A DNA stretch of 64,000 bases from Pseudogymnoascus verrucosus. Its lineage: Eukaryota. Positions 26,488-38,687 of this stretch are shown one piece after another (position 1 is the first letter of the stretch; every line of letters starts with the position of its first letter). Position numbers and translations under genes: made by a program. Below the pieces are notes generated by a model, which was not told where the DNA came from, searched no databases, and saw only the letters and a program-made list of their open reading frames with translations. Where the stretch lies: assembly GCA_001662655.1 (NCBI GenBank), contig KV460275.1. The stretch is one strand, 5' to 3'.

Positions 26488-27924
26488 TTAATTAGGTCCA
26501 TCATGTTCCATAGCTCTTGTCAGTGCGATGCAGTTACAAATGTCGCGGCAGCATGTTTGGATGTCCTTTTCAGCCTTCCAGTTCAGTTCGGTCTCAGCTC
26601 TTGTTGGCATTGCAACACAGATTCCGACATCACCCTTACGGCGATCGGTCGCGTTCAGTTGGATCTTGGTCGACGACGCAGATTCCATTGCCTTTACAAT
26701 CTCAAAGACTGAATTCCCGCTGCCACTGCCAATATTGTATGTCCTGAATCGTATCTGACAACATCGGTCAGCTGCAGCTGCAAGTGCAGCGACGTGTCCT
26801 CGAGCAAGGTCGGTGACATGGATATAGTCGCGGACTGCAGATCCGTCGGACGTGGGGTAATCAGTTCCATACACGTCCAGGACTGGGGATAATCCAGTGA
26901 CTACGTTTACCACGACTGGCATCAAGTTGGTTGGGATGCCCCGTGGATTCTCTCGAAGCAACCCTGACTCGTCACATCCTACTGGGTTGAAGTATCGCAG
27001 AGCGAGGATTGTCCATTCTGGGTCGGCAAATGCGAGATCAGCTAGAATAGCTTCGCACATCCACTTGGTCCTCCCATAAGGATTGGTAAGTCCTGTACAG
27101 CCTGGTAGTACAGTCTTGTATTGTCCGTCGTGGTCCACGAATCCTTCCGACTGGTGGACGCAGTACTCTTCTTTCAAGGGGACCCCGTCATTTGCGATAG
27201 ACCCATAGACAGTCGCCGACGAGGAAAATATGAACTTTTTGATATTATAGCTGTCCAATATAGCGCAGAATTTAATCAATCCAGCCACATTGTTGTTGTA
27301 GTACTTTAGTGGTTCTTGGATGCTCTCCTGCACCGATTTGAACGCGGCAAAATGTATGACCCCATCGATTCTCGAAATTTTCTGGGACGTAGTTGACGGA
27401 CGAGGGGAGTCATTTGTATCGTCAACAACGTAATCATCTAGGATCTCTCTTGTGGAACTTTCATCTCGGTAGTCCGCGTCGTAGAGCCTCATCTGGGGCA
27501 TAGCCTGACATTCTGTTTCGCTGTATTTCCTGGCAAGTTCCTCAATACGGCTGAAGACGCTTCTGTATGAGTTGCTGAGGTTGTCGATAATAATAATGTT
27601 GTATCCAGCCTTCATTAATTCCAAGCTCGTATGTGATCCTATGTACCCAAGTCCACCGACAATGACAATGAATCTGTCGTTCGACGGTGACGAGTTGACG
27701 AAGGGATTGTTTTCGAAGAGATCTGACTGTGATGTCAACGGCGTGCTGTGATCTGATGTGGAATCTGAAGACCCAGAGTTGTAATTCGAGGGACTCGTCA
27801 ATCGCTCGGATGTACTTTGTTCAGGTGGAGAATTTGCTGTAAAGTTGACTGGGGAGGGACATCTTAACGGCGTTCGTATCCCACACATTCTTGGCTCTAT
27901 TAGAGAGTTTGATCCTATATCCAT
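26488..27924 (-). CDS. uge3: UDP-glucose/UDP-GlcNAc 4-epimerase, GAG-cluster type
   Basis: GGLGYIGSHT, VIHFAAFKSV, FSSSATVYG, NPYGRTK (YxxxK), LRYFNP, RDYIHVTDLA; Ser-rich N-terminal extension; cluster context. Confidence 0.92.
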   Translation of the reverse strand: MDIGSNSLIEPRMCGIRTPLRCPSPVNFTANSPPEQSTSERLTSPSNYNSGSSDSTSDHSTPLTSQSDLFENNPFVNSSPSNDRFIVIVGGLGYIGSHTSLELMKAGYNIIIIDNLSNSYRSVFSRIEELARKYSETECQAMPQMRLYDADYRDESSTREILDDYVVDDTNDSPRPSTTSQKISRIDGVIHFAAFKSVQESIQEPLKYYNNNVAGLIKFCAILDSYNIKKFIFSSSATVYGSIANDGVPLKEEYCVHQSEGFVDHDGQYKTVLPGCTGLTNPYGRTKWMCEAILADLAFADPEWTILALRYFNPVGCDESGLLRENPRGIPTNLMPVVVNVVTGLSPVLDVYGTDYPTSDGSAVRDYIHVTDLARGHVAALAAAADRCCQIRFRTYNIGSGSGNSVFEIVKAMESASSTKIQLNATDRRKGDVGICVAMPTRAETELNWKAEKDIQTCCRDICNCIALTRAMEHDGPN

Positions 27925-28264
27925 CTGGTAAAAGAGATATCACGAGGAAGAAAAAAATAAGTAGTGCCCGAGATCTCCGGTCTCTTCAGCTGATATACAT
28001 TTGATAAATAGCCTCAATGGTTCTTTTGCTGAGAAAACCAGCTCTAACGACGTCAGATATTGGCCAGATGCTTGTGAAGCTTTCTGGATATCAAATATGT
28101 CTATCAAATGACGGGCCAAAGGTATTCAATGATGTGCAAGGAACTTCCCATCTTACTACTTCTAGTTCCATTTTTCGTTGCGTCGCTCTAGTTTCGTAAG
28201 GGCTGTGTTTTTATCCCATTCCGCGCTTTCAAACCCCGCATATCTTCCCGTTGGTAGTCCTGGT

Positions 28265-28392
28265 AGGAAGTATCGCAACATCTTCAATCGATCGAGATTG
28301 CTTATTATTAGAAATTAGTTACCAAGGGAGGAAGTATCGCAACATCTTTAACCGATCGGGATCGTTTATTATCAGAAATCAGGTAACAAGGG
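28265..28392. repeat. Two 64-bp imperfect direct repeats upstream of uge3
   Basis: AGGAAGTATCGCAACATCTT...CAAGGG starts at 28265 and 28329. Confidence 0.85.
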
Positions 28393-28619
28393 AGTGATGT
28401 AAGAGAAGCCAGTAACTGCTTAGCTAGAGATTCGCTACATCGCCGGTCGCGTTGTCATTGCGCCTCGTGTAGGACGATCCGTCAGAAAATAGTTCCGTTT
28501 CGTGCTTGTTTAAGGACAAGTGGTTTGACAGTTTTAGTAACAGACGCGGGATCTGCTGGTCACATTAGCGCCAAGTAAGCCGTAAGCCGTAAGCGTCCTG
28601 TCGATCTGCCGAACCATCG

Positions 28620-28678
28620 AAGCTGTTTTCTGGGTCCAAAACGTACTCTTAGCACGTTTTGGACCCAGAAAACAGCTT
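28620..28678. repeat. Perfect 25-bp inverted repeat with 9-nt spacer
   Basis: AAGCTGTTTTCTGGGTCCAAAACGT actcttagc ACGTTTTGGACCCAGAAAACAGCTT. Confidence 0.95.
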
Positions 28679-29006
28679 GAGCCATCCGTTCTAGATTCTC
28701 ATACTAAAATTATCATCTAATCCTATGGAAGACCTCGGCCTTCCGAACTAATCCCTTTATCAATAAAAAAAGCGCATATTATTCGATGAGACGCCATTGC
28801 AATACAGCAATACTTGCGGAAACTTCCGACACAGCCCTAAGGGACGAGGAGCGGGCTATCGCTTAAAGAAGGTGGCACATGCGTGGTGGTGGTATTTGGA
28901 GGTGTTAGCAGTGATGGCAGAATAATATATTTAATCTTAGCCCTGGGGAATTCTTGTGCTTGCTCGCTCCTCAAACGACCTATGGACCTGTGCATCTCAC
29001 CTCGCC

Positions 29007-29756
29007 ATGGCGTTCTCGTTTCCAACTAAAGCCCGCATGCTTAACCATGTCAAAGATTACAATGAGTGCAACTTTGACGATGAGGACAACTACTTCCTAA
29101 CATACGTTCCACTCTCCTGCTTCCCTACACCTCCAACCTCATGCCACACCTCTAGCCCTAAGGAACCAGCTTTAGATTTTAACACAACCAACTCCTTCGA
29201 CACAAATCTACAAGGTACGAACTACACCCTATACCTCCCTTACCCATTAGCTAACCTAAATCCACTAGGCTCTGCCACCTACCTCTCTTATCTCATCCCC
29301 TGTACAGCGTCTCTCCTCTTAACCTCCCCATCTCTTGTCCAATCTCTCCTATCTCGAGCGAACGTCAATCTAAACACAGTTGCTCTTGCAGCTTGCATCC
29401 TTGACAGCCTTACCTCTCGCTTCGCGGCCTCCTGGCGCCACTCACTCCCTCTCACCTCTCTTAGCCTCAAGACTCAGCATATCAACTACGTGCGCCCTGA
29501 AGTGATTATCCTTGGGGCCCTTCTAGTAGCTAGCAAATTTCTTGACGACTCTACTACACACATCAGCAGTTACCAGCATGATATCGCTAATGGGCGCTGG
29601 ACATGCGAGCAGATCAAAGCCACAGAGAGGTGTATACTAGAGAATCTGGAGTGGAGAATTATGCCGCTGTGGCGGGAGGACCTAATTGAGGATGCGAAGG
29701 AAGATATGAGGAAGGTGGGGATGGTGGTACAGAGGAGGAGGCAGAGTGCTGCGTAG
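29007..29756 (+). CDS. Cyclin-fold (Pcl/Clg1-like) protein
   Basis: YVPLSCFPTPP, LLSRANVNLNTVALAACILDSL, VIILGALLVASKFLDD and WTCEQIKATERCILENLEWRI match cyclin-box helices. Probable 54-nt in-frame intron at 29215-29268 (GTACGA..CTAAC..TAG). Confidence 0.75.
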   Translation: MAFSFPTKARMLNHVKDYNECNFDDEDNYFLTYVPLSCFPTPPTSCHTSSPKEPALDFNTTNSFDTNLQGTNYTLYLPYPLANLNPLGSATYLSYLIPCTASLLLTSPSLVQSLLSRANVNLNTVALAACILDSLTSRFAASWRHSLPLTSLSLKTQHINYVRPEVIILGALLVASKFLDDSTTHISSYQHDIANGRWTCEQIKATERCILENLEWRIMPLWREDLIEDAKEDMRKVGMVVQRRRQSAA

Positions 29757-30800
29757 ACACAGGATACGACGACAACAGAGAGGGATCATTGATGGCGCGA
29801 TGCGAACGGCATAGCGGCAGTATATCGGCTTCGGACCTTCCTAGAAAGAGTCTGCATCGGCGATGATCTAATTACGAATAATCAAGCGAGGGGTCGGCGG
29901 GAAAAGTGATCAAATCTTCTGGTCATATTAAGGGCAAATGGTCAATCGGTACATTGTGTAGAAGTCTAAGGATATTATTCATATGACATTTATCTAACCC
30001 CTGTACAATTGATTGGCTATCAAATATTGAAATTCAGGATTGGCTGCCTTACCCGTCGTCAGCGCCAAGCGCTGATCGAGTTTACTAGTCTAATTATACT
30101 TTACTTCGCAGCAAGAATACCCCGCATTTCTTTGCTAGCGTGAATTGACCTGTACTTCCGCGTTTACCATAGTCTGTCTAGCTACCAGGGAATGGGGATT
30201 ATGGGCTAGTGCAGGGTGCCCGTAGGATGGGTGACATACTGAAGATAGCTATCACAATCCTTGCGGCCCTACATATTACGATGGACGAATTACATTTTTA
30301 CTCATGGCCACTAAGTTAGTGCTGTAGGATCACTAAAACGATAGGGGGCATAGATCGGTCTGGAATCAGCTGGTAGCGCGGCTAATGTTCATAGAGGGCC
30401 AACCCCCCAACCGTGGCAATACTACGAATTGCTTTTACTGGCAGATATTAATATCACACAACATCCCTCGGATCATTCCAGACCCCACTGCTTTGCGAAC
30501 CGAAACACGGCCCTGACGTCTGGACCTCCACGCCGATCAATAATGACCTTGTCGATCTGGTTTGCATCTAATTAGACCTACGGATTAGGGTGATTAGAGG
30601 CTTATGCGGGTTTGCTTACTAGCGGCTTGAACCCACGTATTAATCGAATGGTAACCAATGATCTTTCCGTCCTACATTTTTAGTTAAATAACTATTTTCA
30701 TCGTGGCGCTCTAGTCTCATGAAAGTACTTTTAAACCGCTCTGCACCTTTAAATTCTGATTCCTCTACATCCTCAGTGCACAATTCTCTTCTGATGGGCA

Positions 30801-31888
30801 ATGAAGTTCCAATACACATCCCGACAAAAAATCATCTACAGCACGATATTTGTTACCCTGCTCCTCGGAATCATCATCCCACTTGCTGTCATGCTCGGAC
30901 TCCGAAGATACAGCACGCCAAAGTCCGCGATAATTGTCCCACTGTACATATATCCAGCTCCTGGCGCCTGGGATCCGTTGCTTGAAGCGTACGTCCACTC
31001 TCTACCCAAGGTTCACTCTCCATCCATAAGACCAGAGCTAATGTTTCTAGAATTTCAATCAATCCAAGCCTCAATTTCATCGTGGTGGTGAACCCACACA
31101 GCGGGCCAGGTGCCGCAGCTGTACCAGACGCAAATTATACACGGGAGATTCCACGCTTAAACTCCCACACCAACGTCCAGACTGTTGGTTACGTTCCTAC
31201 AGCATACACGAAGAGAGACCTTACGTTGGTAAAGCATGATATCCGCACTTATTCAGAGTGGAGATCCAATTCCACAGTCCCAGGACTAGGCGTTCAAGGC
31301 ATATTTTTTGATGAGACACCCTCGCAGTACGATGATACTAGCGCCTACTTCTTGCTCGAGGCCCAAAAAGAGGCTAGACAAGTTCTTGGTTTTACTTCCC
31401 GTTGTTTGGTATGTTCTTGCTTCCGTCCCTTAGTACTATTCTAAATATGCATGTATGACGTTGTAATACATAACCTTCACTTCTTTGGAAATCTTGCCTT
31501 CCGTTACCGCGTCTATTACTATTATCGACTAACCAATCCCCGCGCATAGCTGATCAATAATCCTGGCACCATCCCGGACACCCGGTTCCTAGATGGGCCC
31601 AACATGACAGTGGTCTTTGAGGGCACCTACGACACATACCAAATGCATGGCTTCAGTCACAAGATCGAAATGCTGGGCCGCTTGCAGGGTATCAAAGCCT
31701 CGCGACAGGACTTCGGTTGCATCATGCATTCGCTCCCTAAAGACGTAGCAGGTAGCGAGGCCTCTGTGAAGAAGGTAGTGCGGGAGCTGAGAAATATCGC
31801 CGGGGCCGTCTTCCTGACAGATCTTGGGGAAAATTACTACAGCACATTTGGTACTTGCTGGAAACAATTTGTAGAGTTAGCCAAGTGA
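30801..31888 (+). CDS. sph3: Spherulin-4 / GH135 alpha-1,4-N-acetylgalactosaminidase (3 exons)
   Basis: N-terminal TM, then IIVPLYIYP..W.PL, FIVVVNPHSGPG, VGYV, GIFFDETP, NNPGTIPD, VVFEG. Introns at about 30989-31050 and 31409-31549. Confidence 0.92.
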
Positions 31889-33443
31889 TTAATTGGGCTG
31901 TGATCTGATTAGGAAGATTCAAGCAGCAGAGTACTCCAAGATGGATGACGTGCTGAAGCGAGCTATCCTAATGTCATACAGTTCCACGTAGTACAGAGTA
32001 TGCTTCATATTGATATCTCTCGTTGCTCGTGCCATCCGAACTATGGTTTTCTTTTTTCCCGCGATATATAACACAAGCTCTAAACGAGAGCGTCTAGACT
32101 CAAACAAAACATAGAAAGAGAGAGTACTTGGAGTGCAAGTAGCTCTCAAATGTGAAACATATACTTCCCAATGTGAAGCTTATGTTGCTGGCGCCACGTA
32201 CGAACGCAGACCAGCACAAGCCAAACGTTGGATTATAGGACGGGATGGGGCAGTCAGATGCTACATTAGAATTGTCGCATCGGGACGGGGAAAGGAGCTA
32301 CATCAGTGGCGTTATGAGTTAGGAGAGCGCGTATTAGAGGTAATCGTGGCAATAGGTAAGGGTAGCATAAGTTACAGAATAAAATTAGACGCTTTAAAGA
32401 ACAGTCTAGACTAGCAAAGTTCGAGAGCCACTCTCATTAAAAGAACAGTCTAGATAGGGATCTAAGATTGTCTCACACAAGTATGGCAGATGCTAACTAG
32501 CTACGCCAGTATTAAGATTTGATGATCTATGTAATGTCAACTCTAGGGGACTGCAACAAGTGGCTTCCAATTCCTCCTCATTAAGCTATAGATGAAAACT
32601 ACTCGCCTCCTTAGATATAGCACACTGTCACATGATCATTTTACGTAGTAATGTCTCAAAATAGCTCCTTTCCCAAATCGTGCACTCATCGATCGTTGAT
32701 GTAACCCTAATACACTACGGCAGTTACTGAAACTCTCTAGCATAGCCTTCCCGCTCTACTAAGCACAGCCAAGCGCCATTCTCGTATACTAGCGCGAACC
32801 ATGCAATTTGTTTTGTCATTTCTCAGTCAACCTCGTATCCACAAACGGGGACCAGATCCTTCGTTTCGTGATTGCAGAACTAGGTTGGCGGTGAACCTTT
32901 GTGCACTATACTTTCTTTCAATCTACATGCCAAGGCGAACGGGCTCCTCGAGGCCATTGCTATTATGCCAAACTTAATATTATCTCGATGCACGCTGTCA
33001 TTGTCGTATGACCATCTCTTTGATGTGTAGTAACTCTAGTAGCGTAGAGAAACACACCTCTCATTGGGGTCAAGGGGAAGCTCTGGCAAGTAGTTTGTGT
33101 ACCATTTAGAACGAAACTCGAATTTGCTGTCTTTTCCTCTATTGCATCATTTTCATCGAGACCAAGGGAAGACGCAGGGAAGACGCACGTTATAGGACGC
33201 AGAAGTACACATCAATTTACATTCCATGCCCCCTTTTATCTCCTTAGGCAGAGCTTCTCTATTCTGTAAAGATCAAAATGCATATTTTAGAATTTTACAC
33301 TTCTTTCTCTCATTATGAAGCATATCAATTGTCAAAGATCAAAATCCCTGTAGTTCATTAAATTCCCGACACAATTTCTTCCCACTTACAACCCTGTATG
33401 AAGTTATTAATTTCAAGTACTGTAAAAATATCAGAAACGCCAG

Positions 33444-34481
33444 CTAACAAGCATCAACCCACTCCCCTAAGTCCATCTCTTTAAGAATGGTCGAAAACCC
33501 TTGGGAGTCCTTATTGAGACAAATTTCAGTTTTAGTCTTACTACTCACAGTCGGAGCAGAAGAGGGGTACTCAATGCCAAAAACCGGTTTCTCATCATCG
33601 ATGAAAGGCTGGAACTGCGCACATTCGTCATACTGCACACACTGCTCATTGACCTCCCACTGCAGCTTGCCCACAACCTGGCTTACGATGGCACCTGCGT
33701 TCTTCAACCCGATGCTCAAGCCCCGGGAATGTGCAGCGTCTGCCAGGAATGAAACGTAAGAAATTGAAGTCTCAGTGCTAAGTCCAAGCCCGTTCTTGTT
33801 GTCATACCCATCAACATTGTCCGGGTCGACGCCATCGCAACCCTTTGTTTTAGCCAGATCTAACCTAGCAAGCATGATCGAGCGTACATTGGTACTAGAC
33901 GTGTTAAGCCAGTACTCACCAGGCCATTGATCGAGTTCGAAGCCCATTTCGGATTTTGAAAATTCCCCGGAATCCGGCCGGCCAGGCTCGTAAGAACCGG
34001 CGCTGAAGTAGCATATGACTTTCTTGTTTGCGCCATGCAGCGCTGCAAATGTAGAGGTGGGGTTGGCGAAGAGGTCGATGTCAAAGATCGACGTGTTGCT
34101 CCAGGTGCGACCGAGGGCGTTAAGAATGCTCGGTGACAGGGCGTCTAGTAGGATGATCTGCCAGGTGCTTCCCACCGCTGGCTGCCAAATGGTAGCGTTT
34201 CCTGTGCCCACTCCGCCACCGTCCAAGGGCGTGGTGGTGGGTGTAGGGGTTGCTGTCTGATTGGCATCTCCTGAGTTGTCGGATGAATTAAGACCTAAAC
34301 CGAGTCCAAGGCCCAATCCGAGCCCTAGAACAAGCAGGAAGAGGGCGAAGAATAACAGGTAAAGATTGCGTCGGAACCAAGGCTGCGGGTTTTTGATCTT
34401 GGTGGGATAATTTACAGACATGCCTGTGTACTGTGCGAGTCGTGTGCTGGGGTGGTGAGAAGGGAAGACGGGATAGCTCAT
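33444..34481 (-). CDS. ega3: GH114 endo-alpha-1,4-galactosaminidase, membrane anchored
   Basis: TM with LGLGLGLG; WQPAVGSTWQI, DIDLF, ICYFSAGSYE, GCDGVDPDNVDGY, LSIGLKNA, VNEQC, KPVFGIEY. Start could be 34422. Confidence 0.93.
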   Translation of the reverse strand: MSYPVFPSHHPSTRLAQYTGMSVNYPTKIKNPQPWFRRNLYLLFFALFLLVLGLGLGLGLGLGLNSSDNSGDANQTATPTPTTTPLDGGGVGTGNATIWQPAVGSTWQIILLDALSPSILNALGRTWSNTSIFDIDLFANPTSTFAALHGANKKVICYFSAGSYEPGRPDSGEFSKSEMGFELDQWPGEYWLNTSSTNVRSIMLARLDLAKTKGCDGVDPDNVDGYDNKNGLGLSTETSISYVSFLADAAHSRGLSIGLKNAGAIVSQVVGKLQWEVNEQCVQYDECAQFQPFIDDEKPVFGIEYPSSAPTVSSKTKTEICLNKDSQGFSTILKEMDLGEWVDAC

Positions 34482-35381
34482 AAATCACTTGTCCACGAAC
34501 AAGCTGAAATGGAGTGGCCTAGGCGGAGAGGTGGCATTTAGGACGAAGTTTCTGTGTATTAAAGCCCAGTTCATATGATTGAATACGGATGGCGGGATGG
34601 GTGCACTGTAACGAGTTTGAGGATGACAGAGTGGCGAATTTAATAGGATCTGAAATCCGGAATGTTCCAAAGTTTAACATGCGTTGATACTACTGAAGAT
34701 AACCCTAAGAAAAAATCTAATAGTGCCATGAAGTCATGGATCCGAATAAATGCACGAATTTTTCGTATTCGCAAAGCCGGCGGACTAACACAGAAAGACG
34801 TAATTGGCGAACGAATCACGGATGAAGTTATTTTGGTTTTCTAAAGGCAGTACAATAGCTAAAAAATATTACGACACTCAAATTCACTGCCGAATGAGAG
34901 CAGGGATTGCTTTAGGAAAAAACATGCGATTACAAAGCAGCTCCCAATAGCCTGGCGCCACTGTCTTAGTCGTAGGCCAACCGGGGAGCTGGATAATCCC
35001 TGGCAGAAAACCTGTCATTTTGGGCGTAAAAGCCCACCATATCCCACGGGAATGTCCGTTTCCCCCAACATATATCGAGGAATTTGTATAATAGTAGTTT
35101 TGCGAGATGTTATCTCGTAGAATGTTTCTCGATTATGTTTTATCACAGAGAATTATTTGTTTTAGAAGTTTTAGACATGTACCTGTGATTATCACTAGAC
35201 TAGACTGAGATACTAAACTAGACTTTCATAGCACACTCGTAACAACCAACGCAACCAACAGCCACAATTATGTTACTTTGTGCAATTTACTACCCTCAAC
35301 CCATACACTACTTATTTAGAATGAAATTTGACCTTGTTGAATGGTAGCCCTTGTCTTTTGAGATTTCGACACCATCTGCGC

Positions 35382-37913
35382 TTACAATGGAATAGGCGTA
35401 GAGAGCGTAAATGTGACCGGAGAACCTCCCATCGTCACCCAAATCGTCAGGGGGTCTGAGCCAATTTGCTCGGTCGTATGGCCAGATGTGCTAGTAACTG
35501 AATTTGGTACCGTCACAGGGATGGGCTTAGCGCATGTGTTGCCGTTGGTAGTGACTGTGATAGCAGTGACAGTGTTTGCCGTGGGGTTGATGGTATATCT
35601 CAATTGAGGATTGCAAGCATCACGGGTCATGCGATCCATGAAAGTTGCAGCGAGCTAGGAACGTTGACATATTAATATAGCGCCTCCAAAATAGAACAAA
35701 GAGTAACAACTTACGGTGTCATGCTTCAGGGTGATGATTGGCCATGTGACACTAGGGAAAGTCAATACGAGTCGTGATGTATAGAAGCAGTCGGAAACTT
35801 ACAGTCTGATCATTTCACCTAGGACCGTCTCTACCCAAGCCTGGAGGAGAGAATATTGGCCAGATACGCCGTTGATCGTCACGGTGGCTTGTTTCGCTCT
35901 CAGATTGGCTTGATGGAACATGAACGGATCGTGATGGAGGCCGAGCAGATTGCGGGTATTGGTATTCTTCTCCAAAGCAAGGAGCGCGTTAAAATCACCG
36001 GATCCAGCCGAAGTGGCAATCCATTCTGCAACTGTGCAACTGGGAGTATCACACTGGGACGGTTAACAAAAGGGTCAGTTATTTTATAGAGTTGACTTGC
36101 ATTGTAGTAGATATTTGTAGCCCATCGAGGCATGACAGTTATCCCATCATATCCGTTGCCCGAGACTGTAGTAATTAGAGGATAGTATTCATTGTTCTTT
36201 ACTTCGTTAGCCTTTAGTAGATTAGGAATCGTTGGCGGCATGATCTTACCTGGTTCCTCAATACTGGGCGAGTGTTGTCTCCAACGACATTAACGATACC
36301 GTTCGTTTTAAATGCCCTGAGTGCATCGCCATTGTGCAACCCTGTAATTGCAGGAGGGATGAGACCATTCTGGCTGAACCTTGCAGCATTTCCCGACAGG
36401 CCGACTTGAGAGAGCCAGGCTTGGTTCCAAGTGATTTCTTGGTTGACGTCGAAATATGTAGCATTGTTGATTGCTTCGTGAGTAAAAGTGTGGGAAATGT
36501 GGTAGAAGGTATCTCTGTTAGAAGTACTTGCAAACCACGTTTTAAGGGTATCACCATTAGTGCATGTCGTGGTGTACGGGTATTTCAATGGCGTGCTTGG
36601 CCACAGGTTCGTGCCGGTGCCGAGCGGCTTTTGGAACTCAAGAGCAGTATCAATCTGGTCGTTGTACTCAATAGGACCAATGCCACAATTTCTACCGTTG
36701 CCATCAGAGGTCTAAGAAATGTTAGTGAAGCCTAGAAAGCCTTTTAAGAAATCGATACCTCAATATTTCCGTTTCCGTTATGCCCAATCTCGGGCGCATA
36801 GCTGCTTCCAGCAGGGAGTTTAGCATTGATGGTTGGAACCCAGGACTTGTGCGTATTAAGATCACTCGTGGAAATACGGAAGGTGTTGCCGGCAGGACTG
36901 TAGATATCAGAGGTAAGGAACATGTCATCAATCTGGGTGTTGAAATTGATGCGGCGGTACCCAGCATAGAGACCTCGAGTAGCCCAGTGAATCCAGGCAT
37001 GTTGGTAAAGATTTGATCCCGCGTTCCAATCCGTAGCAAATGGAATGAAAAATACCATTTGCTTCCTTCCATCAATATTGTTAATGACAGCAGCGGTGGA
37101 TGTTGCCGCGAAGCCACTAGCAGGAGCGAACTGAAGGAATGGCTTGGCGATGGTCGAATTGACGATGCTGGCGGGATAGTGCCACATTCCTATTGTAGAA
37201 ATAGCTGCTCCAGTCTTAAGGCCAGCAGTAGGAAAGTCTGAAGTGTCTGTCAATGAGACCAATTGTTCAACCCCAGAGCCACAGCATCCGCCAAGAGCAA
37301 CGGTGCCAGAACCCGCGCCGGGGTAGACATCGATTCGAACCATGCGTACACCAAACGCCAACTGATATCCATACAGGGTGGCCCATTGGGCAGCAGTTAG
37401 TGCGCTCTGGAAGCCTGTTGCGCCATAATCGTAGCTGACTTCGCCAAGGACAACGATGGCTCCGAAGTTTCCAACGGTTAAAGATGAGTTGAGGCTCGGA
37501 AGAGCAACGCCTGCTTGGGGGACGGTAAGAATTTGGTAAGGGATACCATAGCCTCTGAGTCCAGAATATCCAGAGTATGCCGAAAGCGTGTCTCTTGCAA
37601 TGACGAGAACGGTGCTGCTCACTGAAGTTCCAACTGCACGGGGAAGGGTTTCAAGGCGGGGGCGGTTTTTGGCTGGAGCAACATCGACAGCACCAGAAGT
37701 ATTGACATGAATGGTTTGTCCGTTGACTTCCACAGTTGCCAGTGGGAGCACAGGTGGTCTCTTGTGGGCGTTCTGTGATGCAACGTGGGTGTTCTCATTG
37801 CTCTGATGGTGGTGATGTTTCTTGGCCGCCCTTATAGGATGAGGCTCAGCAACTGATGCTGCAACAATGGAAATGCTGCAAAGCGCTAGCGTAACGAAAC
37901 TGAGGAGCTTCAT
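35382..37913 (-). CDS. agd3: GAG deacetylase (CE18), secreted, multi-exon
   Basis: Signal peptide; TQIDDMFL, EIGHNGNGNIE, LEFQKPLGTG, HISHTFTHE, IPPAITGLHNGDAL, PRWATNIYYN, LHHDPFMFHQANLR, EQIGSDPLTIWV. Confidence 0.92.
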
Positions 37914-38551
37914 AGTTCCTGCAATGAAAAGTGATTAAATGATGTGAGATAAGATGAAGAATAGAGATTCAGGTAGAGGTATACATATGCAGAAAAGCTC
38001 CGAATAACCATCCTTTTAAACCGCAGGACCAAAAGCGAACCTTGGGGTATCAGCACATGGTGCCATAACCCAAGGTGAATTTTCAGTCTAGGGTCTAGGC
38101 AATTCCGAAATGTCAGCTGTGACAAGGGCGGGTGGAGTTTCGTCATAACTCAAATATTCATGCGTGGCTGCTTATTGTATGTGTAGTCCCCCCTACCTAA
38201 AGCTAGAGTCCTCGTATTGTGAGATATGACGAGCGCGGACAAGAAGCATTTGGGACTAGTCTGAGGTGGCACAGCGTGGGAGCTTGTTAGGAAGAGCATG
38301 GTATCTCGTATGAAGCGGGAAAGGTGGAGTCTAGAGGAGGCTTGCCGTAGGTCGTCTGAAAGCGGTTCGAGATAGCGGCTGGGCTTTAGGAGCGGCTGTG
38401 GGAATTGATGTGCAGAGGCAACGTGAAGTGTTGATGGTAGTGATGATGTTGGGCTTAACCCGATATACACCATTATCCAATCAATGTATTTAGGCTAAAC
38501 CCTAGGGGGGTCTAATGCTGTGGTACAAGTGGTACCCCATATTTTAGCGAG

Positions 38552-38687
38552 TTTCTGGGGTAACAAGCGGGATCGCCCGATCATTTTCACTAGACCAGGA
38601 TTTCGCCATTTGACGTCTAATTTCTGGGGTAACAAGCGGGATCGCCGATCATTTTCACTAGACCAGGATATCGCCATTTGACGTCTA
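38552..38687. repeat. Two ~69-bp near-identical direct repeats in the agd3/gtb3 divergent promoter
   Basis: TTTCTGGGGTAACAAGCGGGATCGCC..GACGTCTA starts at 38552 and 38621. Confidence 0.9.

Noticed and set aside
28265..38687. Direct repeats as CRISPR-like arrays
   Set aside because: Only two adjacent units each, no spacers, no cas genes, eukaryotic context.
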